Shown one piece after another: positions 60,174-64,000 of a stretch of 64,000 bases of DNA. The stretch is taken from positions 3,262 to 67,261 of the forward strand of contig JAITUZ010000040.1 in the NCBI GenBank assembly GCA_031286065.1, read 5' to 3'. The notes below the pieces were generated by a model, which saw nothing but the letters and a program-made list of their open reading frames with translations, did no database searches and was not told the origin of the DNA. This DNA comes from Candidatus Methanimicrococcus odontotermitis (GTDB lineage Archaea > Halobacteriota > Methanosarcinia > Methanosarcinales > Methanosarcinaceae). A program made the position numbers and the translations under genes. Every line of letters begins with the position of its first letter. Position 1 is the first letter of the stretch.

Positions 60174-60314
60174 ATTTGTTACCTCTATTACCTCAAATAA
60201 TATGTTTTTATTTCAGACAGTTTTACGCTGTTTATTATCTGTTTTGTCAATGAATAATAATCATATAAATTTATTGCTGTTCTGAATTGAAGCTGTATTG
60301 AATCAAATCATCGC

Positions 60315-60356
60315 CTCATTAACCTTCAAGTCTCATTAACCTTCAAGTCTCATTAA
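60315..60356. repeat. 17-bp tandem repeat at a gene 3' end
   Basis: CTCATTAACCTTCAAGT x2.5. Confidence 0.8.
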
Positions 60357-60757
60357 GCTTCAATTTCTTTTTCAGTCGCGGCGGTTCGCAGCGTTTCGCC
60401 TTTTTCCGGCGAGCCGGAGCCGTCGGCGGATTTCTCATCGGAACGGTTCATTTTCGCGGAAATCAAAATCAGCAGTTCATCCGTTGTTTTTCCTTCCGCC
60501 GAAATTCCGGCGTCTTTTGCCATTTTGGCGATCTTATCATTCAAAGCGGCCGTTTCTTTCTTTTTTGTCTCGGCGTTCTCCCGATTTAATTGGTCAAATC
60601 CGCTCAAATCAAATTCCGCCGACTTTTGAGCCATTTTAAATTCTCCCAAAGCGCCGCCGACGGCGCGCGCTAATTCGGGAATTTTGTTCGGGCCGAATAA
60701 AATTAAAATAATGACGATAACGAAAATGATTTCGCCGAATCCGAATGAACCAATCAT
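60353..60757 (-). CDS. tatA: second TatA/B-family subunit
   Basis: GFGEII..LFGPNKIPELARAVG..GEFK. Confidence 0.85.
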   Translation of the reverse strand: MIGSFGFGEIIFVIVIILILFGPNKIPELARAVGGALGEFKMAQKSAEFDLSGFDQLNRENAETKKKETAALNDKIAKMAKDAGISAEGKTTDELLILISAKMNRSDEKSADGSGSPEKGETLRTAATEKEIEA

Positions 60758-61073
60758 AGTAAGTTTACATTTTAATTCATGATTATAAAGATTTGCATGT
60801 CCTGTCATTATTTTCTGTTTTAAATGAAATGCTGCAGATATAAATCATTTAAAAATGGAGGGGCATGATAAAATTTCAAAGAATAAGATTCGCTGACCGA
60901 AAAAGATCGAAATATCGCGCGGAAGAATGCAGCCTGTGAAAACAAAATTATAACTTTTCAGAAAATATGAACTCGATTTACGGAAAAATGAATTCAGACG
61001 ATGCGGTCGTCCTTTTGTATATGCGGCCGATAACAGATAAATCTATATTCTGAGAATATAATTAAATTTAATT

Positions 61074-61700
61074 ATGGTCATAAAAAAGGCAAAACCGATT
61101 ATAAGAGAAAAGAAGATTAAAGATGCTCCGGCCAATATCGATCCAAAATCCGATGTGAAACATTCGGGGAGCGGCGTGAATACGCCGGATGCGGCATACC
61201 ATCATTTGACACCGGAAGAAGCTCTGAACTTCCGTGAGAATGTTGAAGCGTCGCAGCTGCAGACCGCCCTTAAAGAAATCAAAGAATTGCAGGAATGCGT
61301 TAAGAATCAGGCAGAATTCATCAATAATATGTCGCAGAATATTGCATATGTCCGCTCTTTGGCCGAAAAAAATGCGAAAGACGTAGCTTACGTCAGAAAT
61401 GTGCAGCTTCTTGATACTGTTATGGATAGAATACATTCATTCAGAATCATAGCCATTCATGAAATTTCGGAGCATAATTCTGCCCCCAAATTCGCTGTAA
61501 ACTACGATTGTGTGTTCTGCAATAAAAATATAAGTATCTCACCGAATAAATCAGTCGTTTACAATGAGATCGTGGGTATATCTAAGGTCGAGGGATATCC
61601 GTCAAAGGAGGATAAAAGAAGGGTACATCCGGAATGCTTGGAGAAATATCTTAAAGAGAAAGGTGAGCGGTACAGCGAAGAATTCAAGCGGCCATTATGA
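61074..61700 (+). CDS. hypothetical protein with coiled coil and CxxC...HxxC Zn-finger
   Basis: CVFC...HPEC; opposite strand within the tat locus. Confidence 0.65.
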   Translation: MVIKKAKPIIREKKIKDAPANIDPKSDVKHSGSGVNTPDAAYHHLTPEEALNFRENVEASQLQTALKEIKELQECVKNQAEFINNMSQNIAYVRSLAEKNAKDVAYVRNVQLLDTVMDRIHSFRIIAIHEISEHNSAPKFAVNYDCVFCNKNISISPNKSVVYNEIVGISKVEGYPSKEDKRRVHPECLEKYLKEKGERYSEEFKRPL

Positions 61701-61745
61701 AAAAGACTTTAAGAGCCAATCGCATATGGATTTTTTAAAATATAT

Positions 61746-62564
61746 TTATACAAATTTCAGCAGAATTAAGCTGAATTCGAAAAGAATGACAAGCGCCGCG
61801 CCGGCGATCAGCTGAGAAACCATTGTCGGATCGGGCGCAATCAAAAAAGTAAATCCGAGAAGCATACCGTAAACAACGACTCTTCCTTTACGAAGCGTTT
61901 TTTCTTCAACGATTCCCATCCGAACAACGGAAACCATCAAAAGCGGGATCTGAAAAACCAAGCCGAATCCCAAAACAAGTGAAATGATCGTGTTGAACGT
62001 TTCACCAAGACCGATTTGAGCCACCGCCGTTTGGTCCGAATAGAACAAAATATAATTCAAAAACAGCGGAAGAACAATAAAGTAAGCTAAGGCCGCTCCG
62101 AATATAAACAATAAAAAAGACAGCGGCACGACTTTGACCAAAAACTTCCGCTCATTTTTATAAAGCCCGCGGGACATGAATTTAAATAATTCATACATTA
62201 AAAGCGGGAAAAAGATACAGACGGCGGCAGCCGCCGAAAGCTTCAGCCGCGTCATCAAATATTCCGTCGGAGAATAAATGGACATGATGACCGTTTCCGG
62301 AATGAGCCGGTCCCACAAATAAGCGACGGCTTCTCCTGAAAACGGATAAAAAACAAACGCGCCGAGAAGAAGCGCTGCGCCGGCGATGATAATGCGGTTG
62401 CGTAATTCCTTCAAGTGACCGACAACATGCTCTTCATAATCGCCTTCCGGACGTTTCTTTCCGTTTTCCTGCGGCGGCAAAATTTCCGGCGCGGGCTGCG
62501 CCGTCTCCGGCGAAGACGCGGAAAAATCAAGCCGATTCAGTTCATCCGTGATTGAAGAAGTCAT
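61746..62564 (-). CDS. tatC: twin-arginine translocase TatC
   Basis: HLKELRNR, GLYKNERK, FQIP, APDP. Confidence 0.94.
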   Translation of the reverse strand: MTSSITDELNRLDFSASSPETAQPAPEILPPQENGKKRPEGDYEEHVVGHLKELRNRIIIAGAALLLGAFVFYPFSGEAVAYLWDRLIPETVIMSIYSPTEYLMTRLKLSAAAAVCIFFPLLMYELFKFMSRGLYKNERKFLVKVVPLSFLLFIFGAALAYFIVLPLFLNYILFYSDQTAVAQIGLGETFNTIISLVLGFGLVFQIPLLMVSVVRMGIVEEKTLRKGRVVVYGMLLGFTFLIAPDPTMVSQLIAGAALVILFEFSLILLKFV

Positions 62565-62735
62565 ACTGCCCCGTTAATTCAATTCATTTTAATTAAAGCG
62601 TCAAACAATGAGTAAAACACAGCAGCATTTAAATATAACCGTAAATCCTCGATTGAGGACGGCTTCTTCGGAAAGCCTTCAAAATCAAATCCTTATAACA
62701 GCATTTATATGCTGCTGCTCTCTTAATACGTATTT

Positions 62736-63353
62736 ATGCCTCGCCGTGAACACGAAGACGCGGAAGCCGAATACGTTGAGCAATACTTGGGAGAATACGC
62801 CAGCGTCACGTCAATTGTCAAAGAGGCGCTGCCTTTTGAACTGATCGCGGTTATCGGCGGCATTGTTTCAGGCATTATTTTATCAGGCATGACAAACGAA
62901 CTGGAAATGATTCCGGGACTTATTGTGATCATTCCGGGAATCATGGGGCTGCGCGGCAACATTTCATCCACGCTCGGATCCCGCTTGGGAAGCGCGATTC
63001 ACATGGGTCTGATTACTAAAATTGATTTTAAGAACCGCGAGCTGACCAATAACATTATCGGCTCATTGCTTTTGACAATTCTCATATCCATCTTTCTCGG
63101 ATTTCTCGGCCACTTCGTTTCCGTTCTTCTCGGGTTCGGCAGCGCAGGTCTTTTGAAACTGATATTGATTTCGCTTCTTTCAGGGTTTTTTTCAGGCTTA
63201 ATCCTTTCCTTCATTTCCGTCTATCTCTCGATCGGAGCGTTCCGCTTCGGGTTTGATCCGGATAATGTCGTCACGCCTTCTATTGCGACAATCGGCGATA
63301 TCATCTCTGTTGCGATGATTTTCGTATTCGCCAGGCTGGTGCTGCTGATATGA
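62736..63353 (+). CDS. MgtE-like magnesium transporter, membrane subunit 1
   Basis: GLRGNI, GSRLGSAIHMG, DPDNVVTP..TIGD. Confidence 0.88.
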   Translation: MPRREHEDAEAEYVEQYLGEYASVTSIVKEALPFELIAVIGGIVSGIILSGMTNELEMIPGLIVIIPGIMGLRGNISSTLGSRLGSAIHMGLITKIDFKNRELTNNIIGSLLLTILISIFLGFLGHFVSVLLGFGSAGLLKLILISLLSGFFSGLILSFISVYLSIGAFRFGFDPDNVVTPSIATIGDIISVAMIFVFARLVLLI

Positions 63354-63913
63354 GTTATTATACGGTCAAAGGTTTGGTCAAAGGCGGTCTTCCGGTTTTG
63401 ATCGTCACCTGCTTTATGGCAATCATCGTCGGCCTCCTTCTCGGCTACCAGGAAAATATTCTGATCGAATACCCGACGCTTCTGATTTTAATGCCCGTTT
63501 TGCTCAAAATCGGCGGCGATACGGGGAGTATGCTCGGCTCCCGACTGTCTTCGGCTTTCCATCTCGGATTGGGTCAAAGGATCTTCAATAACCCCGTTAT
63601 CAGAAACAGCCTGATCGCCGCAATTATCGTGGCTGTCATTTCCTCCGCGTTTGTCAGCACAATTGTTTATTTTGTCAATCTGATCCTTGGATACGGAACA
63701 TCGGCGTTTCTGATTTTCGGTGTCAACTTTATCGTCGTTTTATTGGATATCATCATTGTTTACACGATCGCTGTCGGTTTATCATCTTTGTCTCACAGAA
63801 GCGGGCTTGACCCCGACGATGTCGTAATTCCGACAGTTGCCAGCATGGGCGACTTGGTCGGCGTCATCGGCATTATGGCCGCAATCATTGTTTTCGGCTT
63901 GACCGTGATTTAA
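63350..63913 (+). CDS. MgtE-like magnesium transporter, membrane subunit 2
   Basis: GSRLSSAFHLG, DPDDVVIP..SMGD; ATGA-coupled. Confidence 0.88.
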   Translation: MSYYTVKGLVKGGLPVLIVTCFMAIIVGLLLGYQENILIEYPTLLILMPVLLKIGGDTGSMLGSRLSSAFHLGLGQRIFNNPVIRNSLIAAIIVAVISSAFVSTIVYFVNLILGYGTSAFLIFGVNFIVVLLDIIIVYTIAVGLSSLSHRSGLDPDDVVIPTVASMGDLVGVIGIMAAIIVFGLTVI

Positions 63914-64000
63914 TTAAAATTATCAAACTGGTTTATTCATTCAAAAAACACATCATATGAACAAAAAGATATTAAAAACATTAGGCGCCGTCTTGAAATG

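Overview
Archaeal DNA from a Methanosarcinales methanogen, most likely Methanimicrococcus-like (inferred from gene content: topo VI, MtxX, Lsm, archaeal CobT/ProRS/ValRS, and an intron-containing tRNA). Bases 1-~4660 are one arm of an element (provirus-like) lying at the 3' end of tRNA-Ala(GGC). It carries two DNA methyltransferases, an ASCH/Zn-finger protein, a cytidylate kinase paralog and small translationally coupled ORFs. The rest is mostly housekeeping (hacAB/leuCD-like, valS, uvrC, cobT, top6AB, pepD, pth2, truD, proS, tat genes, six tRNAs in all) with a few AT-rich inserts. The most striking feature is an AT-rich three-gene operon at 7908-10762: a SocA/Panacea-like wHTH protein, a divergent TGT-like protein and a HEPN nuclease. 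The HEPN gene appears as three ORFs in the track but is one 400-codon frame interrupted only by two in-frame TAG codons, one inside the RxxxxH motif (R-C-amber-V-A-H). By manual reading, none of the other ~55 genes called here ends in TAG. This suggests amber is read as pyrrolysine and that this is a candidate Pyl-dependent defence/toxin system. No database searches were run; family names come from motif recognition.
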